64,000 nucleotides of DNA from an uncultured Gammaproteobacteria bacterium (GCA_964404855.1 CAYOLO010000002.1:67494-131493), one strand, 5' to 3'. Shown: positions 9,440 to 19,452, counted from the stretch's first letter. Made by a program: numbers and translations. The notes: generated by a model not told the origin, from the sequence alone.

Positions 9440-11629
9440 TTAAACACTAATTTCTCTAGTGTATTTTGCTCTAGATTGTTCTAATACCTTATCTCTTCTT
9501 TCTGTTTTCGATCTTGGTAGTGGTAGGGTGTTGGCAAAGAATGGCCTTGATGCGTGCCCATCAATTAGTAGTCTTAGTAAAATTTGAAAGTTGGCAAGTG
9601 AGGTAAATTCTGGTTCTTTATAAATATCTGAAAATTCTTTTGACAGAATTGGCGCGTCTTGTGCAGAAACCAAGAATGTAACCAATGAGCCTACATTTCC
9701 TAAGATTGCACTACGAATATCCTCAGGAACCTGAGACATAAACTGATTAGCCATAATCAAACAAAGTCTGTATTTTCTGGCCTCTGATAATATTTTTGCG
9801 AATGATTCAGTCGCAAAGTTTTGAAACTCATCAACATATAAGAAGAAATCTTTTCGATCCTCTTCCTTGATTGAGACGCGATTCATGGCAGCAATTTGGA
9901 ATTTAGTAATAATCATCGCACCAAGTAGAGCTGCTGAGTCTTCACCTAAATATCCTTGTGAAAGATTAAGAAGAAGAATTTTTCCAGAATTCATTACTTC
10001 TTCAATATCGATTGTTGACTTAGGTCTGCCGACCACATTTCTAATGGTTTTACTTGATAAAAATTGCCCAACCTTGTTAAGAATTGGAGCGATTGCCTCC
10101 TCAAGTTGTCTTGGTTGAACATTGTCAATTTCGTCTCGCCAAAATCTCAATAGAACGGGGTCATCAATATACTTGAGTTTTTCTGCACGAAATTCTCTGT
10201 CCGTAAGGATTCTGGGAACGTCCATAAAAGATGAATCGGGAACATTTACCAAAGTGAGAATAGTGTTTCTTAAAATATGCTCAAGTCTCGGACCCCAAGA
10301 AAATGCAAAGAGTTTTTTGAATATTCCAATAATTCCTGAGGCGACTAATTCTTTTTGAGCCTCGTTCTTTACTTCAAGTGGGTTAATAACAAAAGTTCGA
10401 GTCTGATCGGATGGATCGAAATAGATAACGTCATTGACTCTATATGAAGGAATGTAGTCAAGTAAAATATCACAAAGATCACCGTGCGGATCAACAATCG
10501 CTAATCCCTGTCCGTTGCGAATATCATTAATCGCCATATTGGCGATAAGGGTAGATTTACCTGTTCCTGATTTACCAACTACATAGAAATGTCTACGCCT
10601 ATCAAAATGCTTAATTCCAAAGGTTTTGATCTGATTTTTGTGTACTGTACGACCAAAGTAATTGATTGTGTCTCTTTCTGGACTTTCTGCTGTCGGAAGA
10701 TTTTCTGGCGAATCAGACAAGACTGATGTGCCCCATGATAAATTTGGAAGAGTGCTGAGTGTTTTTGAAGGTAAATGCCAAAGCGAGGCGATTTCTTTAG
10801 TACTTAAGACTTGACCCGCTGGAGACTGATCAGAGGTTCGTGCATATATTGCATCAATAAATTTTTTCTTTTTTCGATTGTTAGGTTTAGATAATCTTAA
10901 TGAGTTACCATCTCCATTTGCATAACTTCCGAAAGATCCAGCGACAGAATCTATTAGTGCTTTGGCTTGTGGTTCGGTTGGTGCCGCGACAAGTAATCTA
11001 ATTGCTGAAGTAAATCCTGGTAGGGCAATTTTTTCTTCAATAATTCCTGCGTTCGACGGCTTTACTGATGTTTGTCCTTCGACTTTTGGCGGATTAAGTA
11101 ATGATTTGGCCGCACTTGCCCAACCGCTACTGGCACCAGATAAATTAATTTGGACCAATATTTGTTCGTTCGGCAGGATTTTTGACATCACGCCCAAAAC
11201 AGAAGAAAGTGGATCGACCGTGGCATCAAAGTCTTTCATTGTTCTAATTGGTAGATAAGCCGCCTTACCTAGGACTAGCTCTGCGGACATGACATAGCTC
11301 TGCAAAAACCACTCAGTTAGGTAATTTTCTGCCTCAACTGAAACAGCCTGAGGATATTGAGATACAAGTTGGCTTTCAAAAAAAGACCTTAGGCTTGTCG
11401 GCAAAATAACAAAAAATTTAATTGATTGATTAATTGTGGCGATTTCAAATGTCATCGAAGGAACCTGTCTTCGAAATAGTCTTGCGTATTTATCAAAACC
11501 AAAATTACCCCGCAAGTTAGTGAGCATTTGTACGGTCGACTCCCAAGAAACCTCAGAATCCCTTGGGACTCTAATCTCAAGAATTGTCATTCCAGGAATT
11601 TGATTAGTTCGAAAATTACTTTCAGGCAT
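9440..11629 (-). CDS. VirD4/TraD/HerA-like P-loop ATPase (CPR type IV secretion-like DNA-binding ATPase)
   Basis: HFYVVGKSGTGKS, DPHGD, YVDEFQNF, SEARKYRL, ANQF. Confidence 0.85.
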   Translation of the reverse strand: MPESNFRTNQIPGMTILEIRVPRDSEVSWESTVQMLTNLRGNFGFDKYARLFRRQVPSMTFEIATINQSIKFFVILPTSLRSFFESQLVSQYPQAVSVEAENYLTEWFLQSYVMSAELVLGKAAYLPIRTMKDFDATVDPLSSVLGVMSKILPNEQILVQINLSGASSGWASAAKSLLNPPKVEGQTSVKPSNAGIIEEKIALPGFTSAIRLLVAAPTEPQAKALIDSVAGSFGSYANGDGNSLRLSKPNNRKKKKFIDAIYARTSDQSPAGQVLSTKEIASLWHLPSKTLSTLPNLSWGTSVLSDSPENLPTAESPERDTINYFGRTVHKNQIKTFGIKHFDRRRHFYVVGKSGTGKSTLIANMAINDIRNGQGLAIVDPHGDLCDILLDYIPSYRVNDVIYFDPSDQTRTFVINPLEVKNEAQKELVASGIIGIFKKLFAFSWGPRLEHILRNTILTLVNVPDSSFMDVPRILTDREFRAEKLKYIDDPVLLRFWRDEIDNVQPRQLEEAIAPILNKVGQFLSSKTIRNVVGRPKSTIDIEEVMNSGKILLLNLSQGYLGEDSAALLGAMIITKFQIAAMNRVSIKEEDRKDFFLYVDEFQNFATESFAKILSEARKYRLCLIMANQFMSQVPEDIRSAILGNVGSLVTFLVSAQDAPILSKEFSDIYKEPEFTSLANFQILLRLLIDGHASRPFFANTLPLPRSKTERRDKVLEQSRAKYTREISV

Positions 11630-11707
11630 TTTTATTAGGATTAGTTAGATGATACCAATTTTAACTCTAAACTATGATGGCCAAAACTAAAAATTTGAGA
11701 ATAAATC

Positions 11708-14125
11708 CTAAACTCCTACTGTAATGGCTTGTTTACGCTTGACTGGAGATTTTTTGTTTAAATTCCCTGATCCTCCGCCTTTTTTGGGGGATTTAAATGC
11801 AACTCTTAGTACTTCGTCGAGATGTTTTACGAAAACAAAAGTCATATCTTTTTTAACATTCTGACTGATTTCCTCAGTGTCCCTTTTGTTATCTAGTGGC
11901 AGGATTACTGTTTTTAATCCAGCTCGATGAGCAGCCAATACTTTTTCCTTAACTCCTCCAATTGGCAGTACACGACCTCTTAAGGTTATCTCACCCGTCA
12001 TGCCGACAGAACTTATACTTTTCTTTTTGGTTAATGCAGAAATAAGTGCGGTTGCAATGGCTGTTCCGGCAGATGGACCCTCTTTGGGAATACCACCTTC
12101 TGGAACATGGATATGTATATCAACCTCTTGATTGAAGTTCTTTTTTAATCCAAGTTTTTTCCATCTTGAACGAATATATGACATTGCGGCTTGAGCTGAT
12201 TCTTTCATAACATCACCAAGCTGGCCCGTAAGCATTAGTTGGCCTTTGCCGGGAATGACGGAAACTTCAATAAAAAGTATTTCTCCTCCAACATTAGTAA
12301 CAGATAATCCAGTCGCTATCCCAATATCGTCATGACTATCAGCTAGGGTGTGTTTAAATTTTTCAATACCCAAAAACTTTTCTAGGTTCTTAGATGATAC
12401 TTTTATAGATTTAATTTCGTTACTGGCGACAGCTTTTGCAAGTTTACGGCAAACGGTACCAATTTCTCTTTCCAAGTTACGGACACCTGCTTCGCGAGTA
12501 TATTTTGAAATTATTTCGCGCAGTGAGGATTCCTCAAAAATAATTTTGTCGGGTTTAAGTCCGTGATTTTTAAGTTGTTTGGGAAGAAGGAAGTTTTTGG
12601 CAATATTAAATTTCTCTTCTTCGGTATAACCTGGAAAATCAATTACTTCCATACGATCAAGTAAGGCGTCAGGTATAGTATTAAGCTGATTGGCGGTGGC
12701 AATAAACATTACGTCTGAAAGATCGTAAGGCACTTCGAGATAGTGGTCAGAAAAACTATTATTTTGTTCTGGGTCTAGGGCTTCAAGTAATGCCGCAGAT
12801 GGGTCTCCTCGATAGTTAGAGGTAACTTTGTCGATTTCATCCAACATAAAAACAGGATTTGTACTTCCGCTGTTTTTGATTCCCTGAATGATTCTTCCCG
12901 GCATTGCTCCAACATATGTACGTCTATGTCCACGAATTTCTGCTTCGTCATGAACACCGCCCAGTGACATTCTGACGAATTCACGACCAAGAGATTTGGC
13001 AATTGATTTACCAATAGAGGTTTTACCCACACCTGGAGGTCCATAAAAACATAAAATTGGTCCACGAATTTTGCCGACTAGTTTATTAACGGCCAAATAT
13101 TCAAGTATTCTCTCTTTGGCTTTTGGTAAGCCATAGTGATCTTCTTCAAGAATTTTTTCAGAGTCGTGAATATTGATAGCTTTTGTGGATTTTGGTTGCC
13201 AAGGCATCTCTATTAATGTTTCAAGGTATGTTCTGATGTAGGCTGACTCGGGATTATATGAAGACATTTTGGCGAGTCTGCCAAGTTCTTTTTTGGCTTT
13301 TTTCTCGACATCTTTTGGCATATGAGCGTTTTTTATTTGTTCTTCAAGTTCGTCAATTTCCCTTTGATCATCATCCTCGCCTAACTCTTTTTCAATAGAT
13401 CTCATTTTTTCCCTGAGGATTGCTTCTTTTGTGACCTTACCAACTCGCTCCTGCGTTTCGGTATCAATTTTTTGATTAATTTCTAATATTCTAATTTCTT
13501 TCTGAAGGATTTCTGACAATCTTTCAAGGCGTTTTCTAATATCTACCATCTCCAAAATCTGTTGTTTTTCTACGGTTTTAAGATCCGCCAAATTTGCAGT
13601 AATAATATTTACAATTTGATTTGCATCCTCACTCGAGAATGCAGAAATCGATGCTTCGATAGAAATCGGCCCTCCAAGCTCAGCATAGGTGCGAATTTTA
13701 TTTTGTATATTTCTGACTAACGCGTCTACATCTTCCGCATTTTCTGCAAATTGAGGAATTTCCTCAACTTTGACTTTCATAAATGGCTCAACTTGGGTAA
13801 ATTCTTTAAGATAAACCCTGCTTAAGCCTTCAACGGCCGTATGATATTCGTTGTCTGATTTCCAGATTCTTCTAATCGCACAAACAGTACCAACCTGATA
13901 AATATCATTTGGTCCGGGATTGTCGACAGACTCACTTTTTTGTGCAACAAAAATCGCCAGCCCAGAGGTGGTTGTGGCCTCATCAATCGCTTTTTTGATT
14001 TTCGGTCTGGAAAATTGCAATAACGGAATAATCGAATTCGGGAAAACAACATCTTTCCTTAATGGTAGAACCACTAGTTCATCGGGGATTTTAATTTTTG
14101 TCTGGGTTAATGTTACCTCTGCCAT
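11708..14125 (-). CDS. lon: ATP-dependent protease La (LonA)
   Basis: [38 protein letters not shown]; probable ATG at 14125. Confidence 0.97.
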   Translation of the reverse strand: MAEVTLTQTKIKIPDELVVLPLRKDVVFPNSIIPLLQFSRPKIKKAIDEATTTSGLAIFVAQKSESVDNPGPNDIYQVGTVCAIRRIWKSDNEYHTAVEGLSRVYLKEFTQVEPFMKVKVEEIPQFAENAEDVDALVRNIQNKIRTYAELGGPISIEASISAFSSEDANQIVNIITANLADLKTVEKQQILEMVDIRKRLERLSEILQKEIRILEINQKIDTETQERVGKVTKEAILREKMRSIEKELGEDDDQREIDELEEQIKNAHMPKDVEKKAKKELGRLAKMSSYNPESAYIRTYLETLIEMPWQPKSTKAINIHDSEKILEEDHYGLPKAKERILEYLAVNKLVGKIRGPILCFYGPPGVGKTSIGKSIAKSLGREFVRMSLGGVHDEAEIRGHRRTYVGAMPGRIIQGIKNSGSTNPVFMLDEIDKVTSNYRGDPSAALLEALDPEQNNSFSDHYLEVPYDLSDVMFIATANQLNTIPDALLDRMEVIDFPGYTEEEKFNIAKNFLLPKQLKNHGLKPDKIIFEESSLREIISKYTREAGVRNLEREIGTVCRKLAKAVASNEIKSIKVSSKNLEKFLGIEKFKHTLADSHDDIGIATGLSVTNVGGEILFIEVSVIPGKGQLMLTGQLGDVMKESAQAAMSYIRSRWKKLGLKKNFNQEVDIHIHVPEGGIPKEGPSAGTAIATALISALTKKKSISSVGMTGEITLRGRVLPIGGVKEKVLAAHRAGLKTVILPLDNKRDTEEISQNVKKDMTFVFVKHLDEVLRVAFKSPKKGGGSGNLNKKSPVKRKQAITVGV

Positions 14126-14133
14126 AGTGTTAA

Positions 14134-14161
14134 TTAGCACTTATATTAATATGAGTGCTAG
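14134..14161. promoter_or_regulatory. CIRCE-like inverted repeat overlapping the lon promoter
   Basis: TTAGCACTT-N10-GAGTGCTAG; overlaps the -10 of a minus-strand TTGACA(14166-14171)-17-TAATAT promoter. Confidence 0.6.
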
Positions 14162-14167
14162 ATTTTG

Positions 14168-14935
14168 TCAACGGCTAAATGTTCCAAATATTCTCTGCTT
14201 AATAACTAAAAATGCACCAACGAATATTAAACTTATACTTAATAGATCTGCAATTTTTAATCCACCTTGTTGCCAGGTATCAATTCTAAAATGTTCTGTA
14301 ATTAATCTTGTTATTCCATAAAAAACTAAATAGAAAGCAAAAACTAATCCATGGTGCTGTTTTTTTTTATTAAAAATTAATACCAGTATAAAGGCAAAAA
14401 ATATGGCCAAAAGTGACTCGTATAAAAAAGTAGGATGGAAATATTCAAAGTTTTCAAATCCAGCAAGTCTATTGGTAGGGTCAATTTTTATTGCCCACGG
14501 TAAATTGCTTGGGTACCCATAAGCTTCCTGATTAAAATAGTTTCCCCATCTTCCAATTGCCTGAGCTAACAATACACTGGGGGTAATTACATCAAGTATT
14601 GGCAGGATTTTCTGTTTTTTTGATTTACAAAACACAACTAATGCAATTAAGGCTAAGATTAGACCACCATATATTCCTACCCCTCCATTCCAGATTTTTA
14701 TTATGTCTATTGGATTTTTTGAATAATAATTCCACTCGTCTAATACATGATAAAATCTTGCACCAATTAGACCAAAAATTAAAACTATATATAAGGTAGC
14801 TTCCAGATGCTTTTTATCAACTTTGGATAAGCTGGCTAATTTTCCAATTAGAAGATATGCAGACAATACTGCTAGTGAAAAAATAATTCCATAAAGCCGT
14901 ATTGTTAACTCACCGATTTGAATTGAATGAGGCAT
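14168..14935 (-). CDS. lgt: Prolipoprotein diacylglyceryl transferase
   Basis: GARFYHV, IWNGGVGIYGG, QAIGRWGNYFNQE, HPTFLYES, EHFR. Confidence 0.95.
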   Translation of the reverse strand: MPHSIQIGELTIRLYGIIFSLAVLSAYLLIGKLASLSKVDKKHLEATLYIVLIFGLIGARFYHVLDEWNYYSKNPIDIIKIWNGGVGIYGGLILALIALVVFCKSKKQKILPILDVITPSVLLAQAIGRWGNYFNQEAYGYPSNLPWAIKIDPTNRLAGFENFEYFHPTFLYESLLAIFFAFILVLIFNKKKQHHGLVFAFYLVFYGITRLITEHFRIDTWQQGGLKIADLLSISLIFVGAFLVIKQRIFGTFSR

Positions 14936-15542
14936 AATTTATTTTTTTTATAAAAATTAAAATCAATAATAATGAAACAAATATTGTAGTTGCGGCACTA
15001 AAAACAATTAATCTACCAAAAAATTCATCAGGATAAAGCTTGATTAACATATCATTCGGATCTAGCATCCACAAGTCATTGGTATAAAAAATGTGGTGAA
15101 ATTTAATAAATAAAAAATCAAAAACTTTTTTTCCTGTTACTCCCAGAATTAAATAAAATGTAATAGCTAGAATCGGGCCTGATAAAAGTATTTTTTTAGT
15201 TAATTTGGCGCGTTCTAAATAGAAAAATATTAGCGAAATTAGACAAACAATAATTGGAATAGCTATTGCTCTTTGATAAATATCGCGAACATCAAACATG
15301 TGTATAACTGCCCTCTCAGACATAATCTCTACAGGTAATGAATTGCCATGCAATAAAAAGTCAGTAATTTTTTTTGAAGTTTGTATAGATTTTTCAAGAT
15401 CCGTTTTTTGTATGTTGATATTTTGCGAAAAATGATATCTATAAAAAAAACTGTTTTGTGATACAAAAATTATTGGATAAATTGTCAAAATCAAAAATAG
15501 TCCGATTATTAAAAGTGTCGGTAATAAAAAATTTGTTTTCAT
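14910..15542 (-). CDS. Integral membrane protein, TIGR01906/DUF1461-like
   Basis: HMFDVR and FIKFHHIFYTNDLWMLDPNDMLIKLYPDEFF; adjacent to lgt. Confidence 0.8.
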   Translation of the reverse strand: MKTNFLLPTLLIIGLFLILTIYPIIFVSQNSFFYRYHFSQNINIQKTDLEKSIQTSKKITDFLLHGNSLPVEIMSERAVIHMFDVRDIYQRAIAIPIIVCLISLIFFYLERAKLTKKILLSGPILAITFYLILGVTGKKVFDFLFIKFHHIFYTNDLWMLDPNDMLIKLYPDEFFGRLIVFSAATTIFVSLLLILIFIKKINYASFNSNR

Positions 15543-15856
15543 AGTAGGTTACTAAATAATGGTATTTAGAGTATTGTTGAGAGGGAAAAAACAGTATAAG
15601 TCGAAAGTATTTTATATTTGACTCAATTATAGAGCTTGATCTGTTTGGATACACACACAAGAAGTTTGTTTATTTTAATAATCTTATTACTTTCTTGTTT
15701 TTTAAATCCTATAGTTTGAAATACATTCGAGATTGATGTAAAATTTTTTGGCTTAATACGCATATTAACTAATTGGAGTGGTGATTGGTTTAATTTTTAA
15801 TCGGAAAATTCAGTCATAGTTAGGTGGCGGGGGCTTAGGCAAAGGAGCAAGTAGCC

Positions 15857-16114
15857 TTGGGTCCCGAATCTGAACTAACTGGCGAACTCTTAGCTCTTAC
15901 TGATGAACTAGAAATGTTCATCAATAAGCAAATCGACCGCTACTTTACGGCAGGCGAAATCCGAATCGACCTTGGTCGAAAGGCAGGAAAGTATCTTGTC
16001 CGGGAAAGATTAAAACAAAAATACCTCGATGCCGGCTGGGGGAATGTCGAGTTTCTCCTTCGTAGTGGAGGTGCAGTTAGGATTGTGCTGTGTGAAAAGC
16101 GAGCAGTCAAGTAG
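15857..16114 (+). CDS. Small hypothetical protein
   Basis: AAAGGAG SD before a TTG start; 85-aa ORF with a YxxAGW motif. Confidence 0.6.
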   Translation: MGPESELTGELLALTDELEMFINKQIDRYFTAGEIRIDLGRKAGKYLVRERLKQKYLDAGWGNVEFLLRSGGAVRIVLCEKRAVK

Positions 16115-16115
16115 A

Positions 16116-16274
16116 TTGACTGGGTGGTTAAATAATTTTGTTGGACTTGTTGGAGTTGGACTTTTCCTGCTTACACCAACGGTTACGATGATACTGTTTT
16201 GCCATCTGATACTTACAAGTGTTCGGCGTGTTTTGGGCCAACTAACAAAGTCTAGGACAGCTGAACTTAAGTAA
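16116..16274 (+). CDS. Possible small membrane protein (52 aa)
   Basis: TTG 1 nt after the upstream stop; hydrophobic stretch FVGLVGVGLFLLTPTVTMILFCHLIL; followed by a long hairpin. Confidence 0.3.
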   Translation: MTGWLNNFVGLVGVGLFLLTPTVTMILFCHLILTSVRRVLGQLTKSRTAELK

Positions 16275-16280
16275 AAATTC

Positions 16281-16322
16281 TACCCGCATGTTGTGATACA
16301 TAAATTTCATGACATGCGGGTA
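16281..16322. terminator. Long inverted repeat / possible terminator
   Basis: TACCCGCATGTTGTGA...TCATGACATGCGGGTA. Confidence 0.55.
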
Positions 16323-16340
16323 TTTGATATAATTTTTGTA

Positions 16341-17123
16341 ATGGATCAGCCAACAAATATTAATAACCAACAGCAGACACAAACTCAAAGTGTAACGCCA
16401 AATCAAGTGCAAAATAATTTAGAACATCTTCCTCATCCAAATTTAGACAATCAAACTACAAGAAGAAATAGTATTAAGTGGATGCTTCATATATTAGTAC
16501 CAGTTCTAGTGTTTGTACTATATTTGGTGACTTACAATAAGTTCAAAATCACTGTTAGTGAAATGATTAAAACAACTGGCTTGTGGTCTATAACACTTTT
16601 ATCAGTTACATTACTTGTGGGTCCGCTGTCAAAATATATTAAGATATTTAATCAATTAAAAATCCACAGAAAGTTTTGGGGAATTACTTCATTCTGCGTT
16701 GCGATTACTCATTTTGTTTTGGTTTTGCACAAGTATTATCAATGGGACATTGTGGGTTTATTAAGTTTTAGTAATCCAAAGGTTGCACCTGTATGGGCTG
16801 GATTAATTGCGACAATCCTGTTGTTTTTGATAACAATTACTTCAAACAAGAAATCAATAGAAGTAATGGGTCCAAAGAAATGGAAGTTGTTCCAAACAAT
16901 GTCGTATTTGGCTTTGGGATTTGTGATATTACACTTCTATCTTGCAGAAACAAAAGACGGAGTATTGGTAATCAAAAGGTTTATGGGCCGGTTTGCTCTA
17001 GTTTTTGGAATTATTGCAATTTTAGTTCGTCTTGTTGTTTTTGTTCATGTGGAAATTTCAAAAAAGAAAAATAAAAATCAACAGACTGTTTCGGTACCTA
17101 CAGTTTTAACGGAAAAAATTTGA
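16341..17123 (+). CDS. Ferric reductase-like transmembrane protein (MsrQ/YedZ-like)
   Basis: TGLWS, HRKFWG, ITHF, ITITSN, W-x-L...Y...LHF heme-ligand pattern. Confidence 0.8.
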   Translation: MDQPTNINNQQQTQTQSVTPNQVQNNLEHLPHPNLDNQTTRRNSIKWMLHILVPVLVFVLYLVTYNKFKITVSEMIKTTGLWSITLLSVTLLVGPLSKYIKIFNQLKIHRKFWGITSFCVAITHFVLVLHKYYQWDIVGLLSFSNPKVAPVWAGLIATILLFLITITSNKKSIEVMGPKKWKLFQTMSYLALGFVILHFYLAETKDGVLVIKRFMGRFALVFGIIAILVRLVVFVHVEISKKKNKNQQTVSVPTVLTEKI

Positions 17124-17566
17124 TGATTGAGTTTGTAGATAAATTCCCACTGTTTATTCATTTAATTTCAACGATCGTTGGTTTTGGTGCGGTAATAGTA
17201 ATAGATGTCTGGGGGTTTTTGTGGATTATTAATAAACAAAAACTATCTCAAGTTATGTCTGTAGCCAAAGTAACACAGATATTGATTTGGATTGGTTTTT
17301 TTAGTTTAATCCTGTCGGGATTATTTTTGGGAGCACATTATGATAAACCAAGAACCCAATTAAAAATTGGTTTAGTAATCTTATTGGGTATTAACGGATT
17401 ATATTTAGAATATATTAAGAGATGGGCAAAAAAATTAGGGGACATAGAGTTTACGAAGGCACCAAAAATGTTTAAGGTTCAAATTGGAATGGCTTCGATT
17501 GTTTCACAAATTGGATGGTGGGGGACAATATTAATTGGATTTTTGACAGCAAATAGAATTTTCTAG
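17123..17566 (+). CDS. Four-helix membrane hypothetical protein
   Basis: TGATG overlap with the upstream gene; hydrophobic helices. Confidence 0.7.
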   Translation: MIEFVDKFPLFIHLISTIVGFGAVIVIDVWGFLWIINKQKLSQVMSVAKVTQILIWIGFFSLILSGLFLGAHYDKPRTQLKIGLVILLGINGLYLEYIKRWAKKLGDIEFTKAPKMFKVQIGMASIVSQIGWWGTILIGFLTANRIF

Positions 17567-17567
17567 T

Positions 17568-17604
17568 AAAAAAATCCCGTCTAAGATTAGCTCTTAAACG
17601 GGAT
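17568..17604 (-). terminator. Intrinsic terminator after the aldolase gene
   Basis: ATCCCGT...ACGGGAT stem with a T-run on the minus strand. Confidence 0.7.
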
Positions 17605-17620
17605 ACTAGTTGGTCGGATT

Positions 17621-18628
17621 TCAGGCGACAGAAGCTGCGCTGGTCTGCCGGCACTTCTCGATAAAAACTGCCTGAGCCTTTGCGATGTTTGCTTCGTCTC
17701 CAGCCCAAGCCGACAAAGCCTTGCGCTGTAGGCCACGACCGAAGGATGCACAACTCATCCTCTGAGTGACCATCTGTTCGCGAGCGTGCCTTGAGATGGC
17801 AGCGAGATTTTCATCCGCCTCTTCATCGCCCTGTCCTCCAGAGAGGAAAGCTATACCTGCGACGTCGGTAGGGACAGTTGAGAGAAGCGTTCGAACTGTA
17901 CGCATGGCCACATCAGGCGAACCCGCGCGATTTTCGGCCGACTGGCCTGAGGTCACCATCGAAGGTTTGAGAATCATTCCCTCGTAGTCGATGCCGGCCT
18001 GTTCGAGCCGGCCAAAGACCGCGGACAAGACTTCGCACGACGCGTCTTCGCAGGTTCCGATGTCGTGCGTGCCCTTGAAATCGACCTCTGGTTCAACCAT
18101 CGGCACGAGCCCGACGCTTTGACAGATCCTTGCGAACTCTGCTTGCGCGAAGGCGTTGAGCAGAATGCATTCGTCCGTCGGCAGCTGAAGCTCATTGCCA
18201 GTGATTGAAAAGAGGCTGCGGAACTTGGTCGCCCGAGCACCTTGCCTAGCATAAAGCTCTAGGCGTGGCACGAGCTTGTCGGCGAAGAAGCCTTTGACGA
18301 TTTTCTCGCCGTTGGGTCCGTAATCAGCCAAGCCTTGGTCGATCTTGACGACGGGGATGATACCCTTACCGGTCAAAATCTCAACCAGCTCAGGATTGGC
18401 GAGCGTTTCCTCAAAGAGGATGGTGGCCGCGACGTAGTTCTCAATGCCGGCTGCGGTAAAAAGCAGCCCGCGAAACGCGTTGCGGTTTTCGGCGGTGTTA
18501 GGAAGACCGACTGAACTAAGCCGATCCCCCATTGTGCCGGTTGATTCATCGGCAGCAAGGATAACCTTGGGAGCCTGGACCATGGCGCGAGCTGTTGCTC
18601 GCAAGGCTGAAATTGCGGTTGCAGTCAT
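17621..18628 (-). CDS. Fructose-bisphosphate aldolase, class I (eukaryote-like)
   Basis: ILAADESTGT, ILFEET, KIDQG, VPMVEPEV, ILKPSMV, FLSGGQ, SFGRGLQ; visibly GC-rich relative to the flanks. Confidence 0.95.
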   Translation of the reverse strand: MTATAISALRATARAMVQAPKVILAADESTGTMGDRLSSVGLPNTAENRNAFRGLLFTAAGIENYVAATILFEETLANPELVEILTGKGIIPVVKIDQGLADYGPNGEKIVKGFFADKLVPRLELYARQGARATKFRSLFSITGNELQLPTDECILLNAFAQAEFARICQSVGLVPMVEPEVDFKGTHDIGTCEDASCEVLSAVFGRLEQAGIDYEGMILKPSMVTSGQSAENRAGSPDVAMRTVRTLLSTVPTDVAGIAFLSGGQGDEEADENLAAISRHAREQMVTQRMSCASFGRGLQRKALSAWAGDEANIAKAQAVFIEKCRQTSAASVA

Positions 18629-18672
18629 GGGTAGGAACTATCTCCTTGTGAAAGTACAAAATCCGATTGATA

Positions 18673-18700
18673 ATTATAGGTTATTAGAAATTATTGTCAA
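18673..18700 (-). promoter_or_regulatory. Sigma70-type promoter for the aldolase gene
   Basis: TTGACA-16-TATAAT on the minus strand; AAGGAG SD downstream. Confidence 0.7.
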
Positions 18701-18990
18701 ATGTAAAGGTTTATAGTTACTCGCTTGAAAACGTCACAAAACTGGGTCCCCCATTTTGTTTCCTTTTTCAAGCTACGCCCTGCGTTTCAGGAAACCTGAA
18801 ACTAAGAATATTTGTAGCGATTGTCAAATATAGAGGGATTATAGTTACTCGCTTGAAATCGCAAAATACTTCGAGTCCTTCGAAATTTTTGTAAGTGCTA
18901 GTTTTCTGACGAAAACTACGCCTCGGTTTTGATTCTCAAAAACTCAGTTTGAACTTCGAGCCTGCGTTTTTGGAGACTTAAAACTAAAAA
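18693..18990. repeat. Two tandem, imperfect, hairpin-rich repeat units
   Basis: ATTGTCAAAT...TTATAGTTACTCGCTTGAAA at 18693 and 18820; both units end CCTGCGTTT...AAACTAA. Confidence 0.75.
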
Positions 18991-19016
18991 AAACCCCGCT
19001 TTTTTTATTGGCGGGG
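18986..19016 (-). terminator. Intrinsic terminator
   Basis: CCCCGC/GCGGGG stem followed by T8 on the minus strand. Confidence 0.65.
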
Positions 19017-19048
19017 AAAGACGAATTCTGGACTTTAGCTTGCCCTTA

Positions 19049-19393
19049 TCAGGCAGCTATTGGATGGCGATTGCGCTTTTCGGCAGTTGCGAGGAGTGTT
19101 TGATATTTCGTGATATCCTCCGTGCCTCGGCACTGATCGGGGTTTTCGGCACCGCAGTCGCCCATGCAACCCCACTCGCCGCAGAGGGCTTCGTAAGTTT
19201 GGCGAGCTCTTGAAATCGAATTTTCGAGACATTCTTCGCACTCGTTGTGCGGAAGAATGAGGGCGTCAATGAAGCCGTCCTCTACGCGCTTCTTGCAATC
19301 AGCCTCGAGCTCGGACCCAACTGCGGCGTTGTAGACGTGTCCCGAAAGACACTGAACTTGATGGGTTGGAAGAGTGTGAACTGACAAAGACAA
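19049..19393 (-). CDS. Cys-rich hypothetical protein (start may be TTG at 19387)
   Basis: Own promoter, GGAGG SD and terminator; CxxxH, CxxC and CxxxxCxxxC clusters. Confidence 0.65.
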   Translation of the reverse strand: MSLSVHTLPTHQVQCLSGHVYNAAVGSELEADCKKRVEDGFIDALILPHNECEECLENSISRARQTYEALCGEWGCMGDCGAENPDQCRGTEDITKYQTLLATAEKRNRHPIAA

Positions 19394-19423
19394 CCTCCAG
19401 AAATGTTAATTTTCTTGAGAGTA

Positions 19424-19452
19424 ATTATACCAAATTTGAGGCTAAAAGTCAA
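19424..19452 (-). promoter_or_regulatory. Sigma70-type promoter
   Basis: TTGACT-17-TATAAT. Confidence 0.75.

Noticed and set aside
18694-18894. 66-aa ORF across the structured repeat
   Set aside because: No SD; overlaps a promoter and hairpin repeats that are better explained as non-coding
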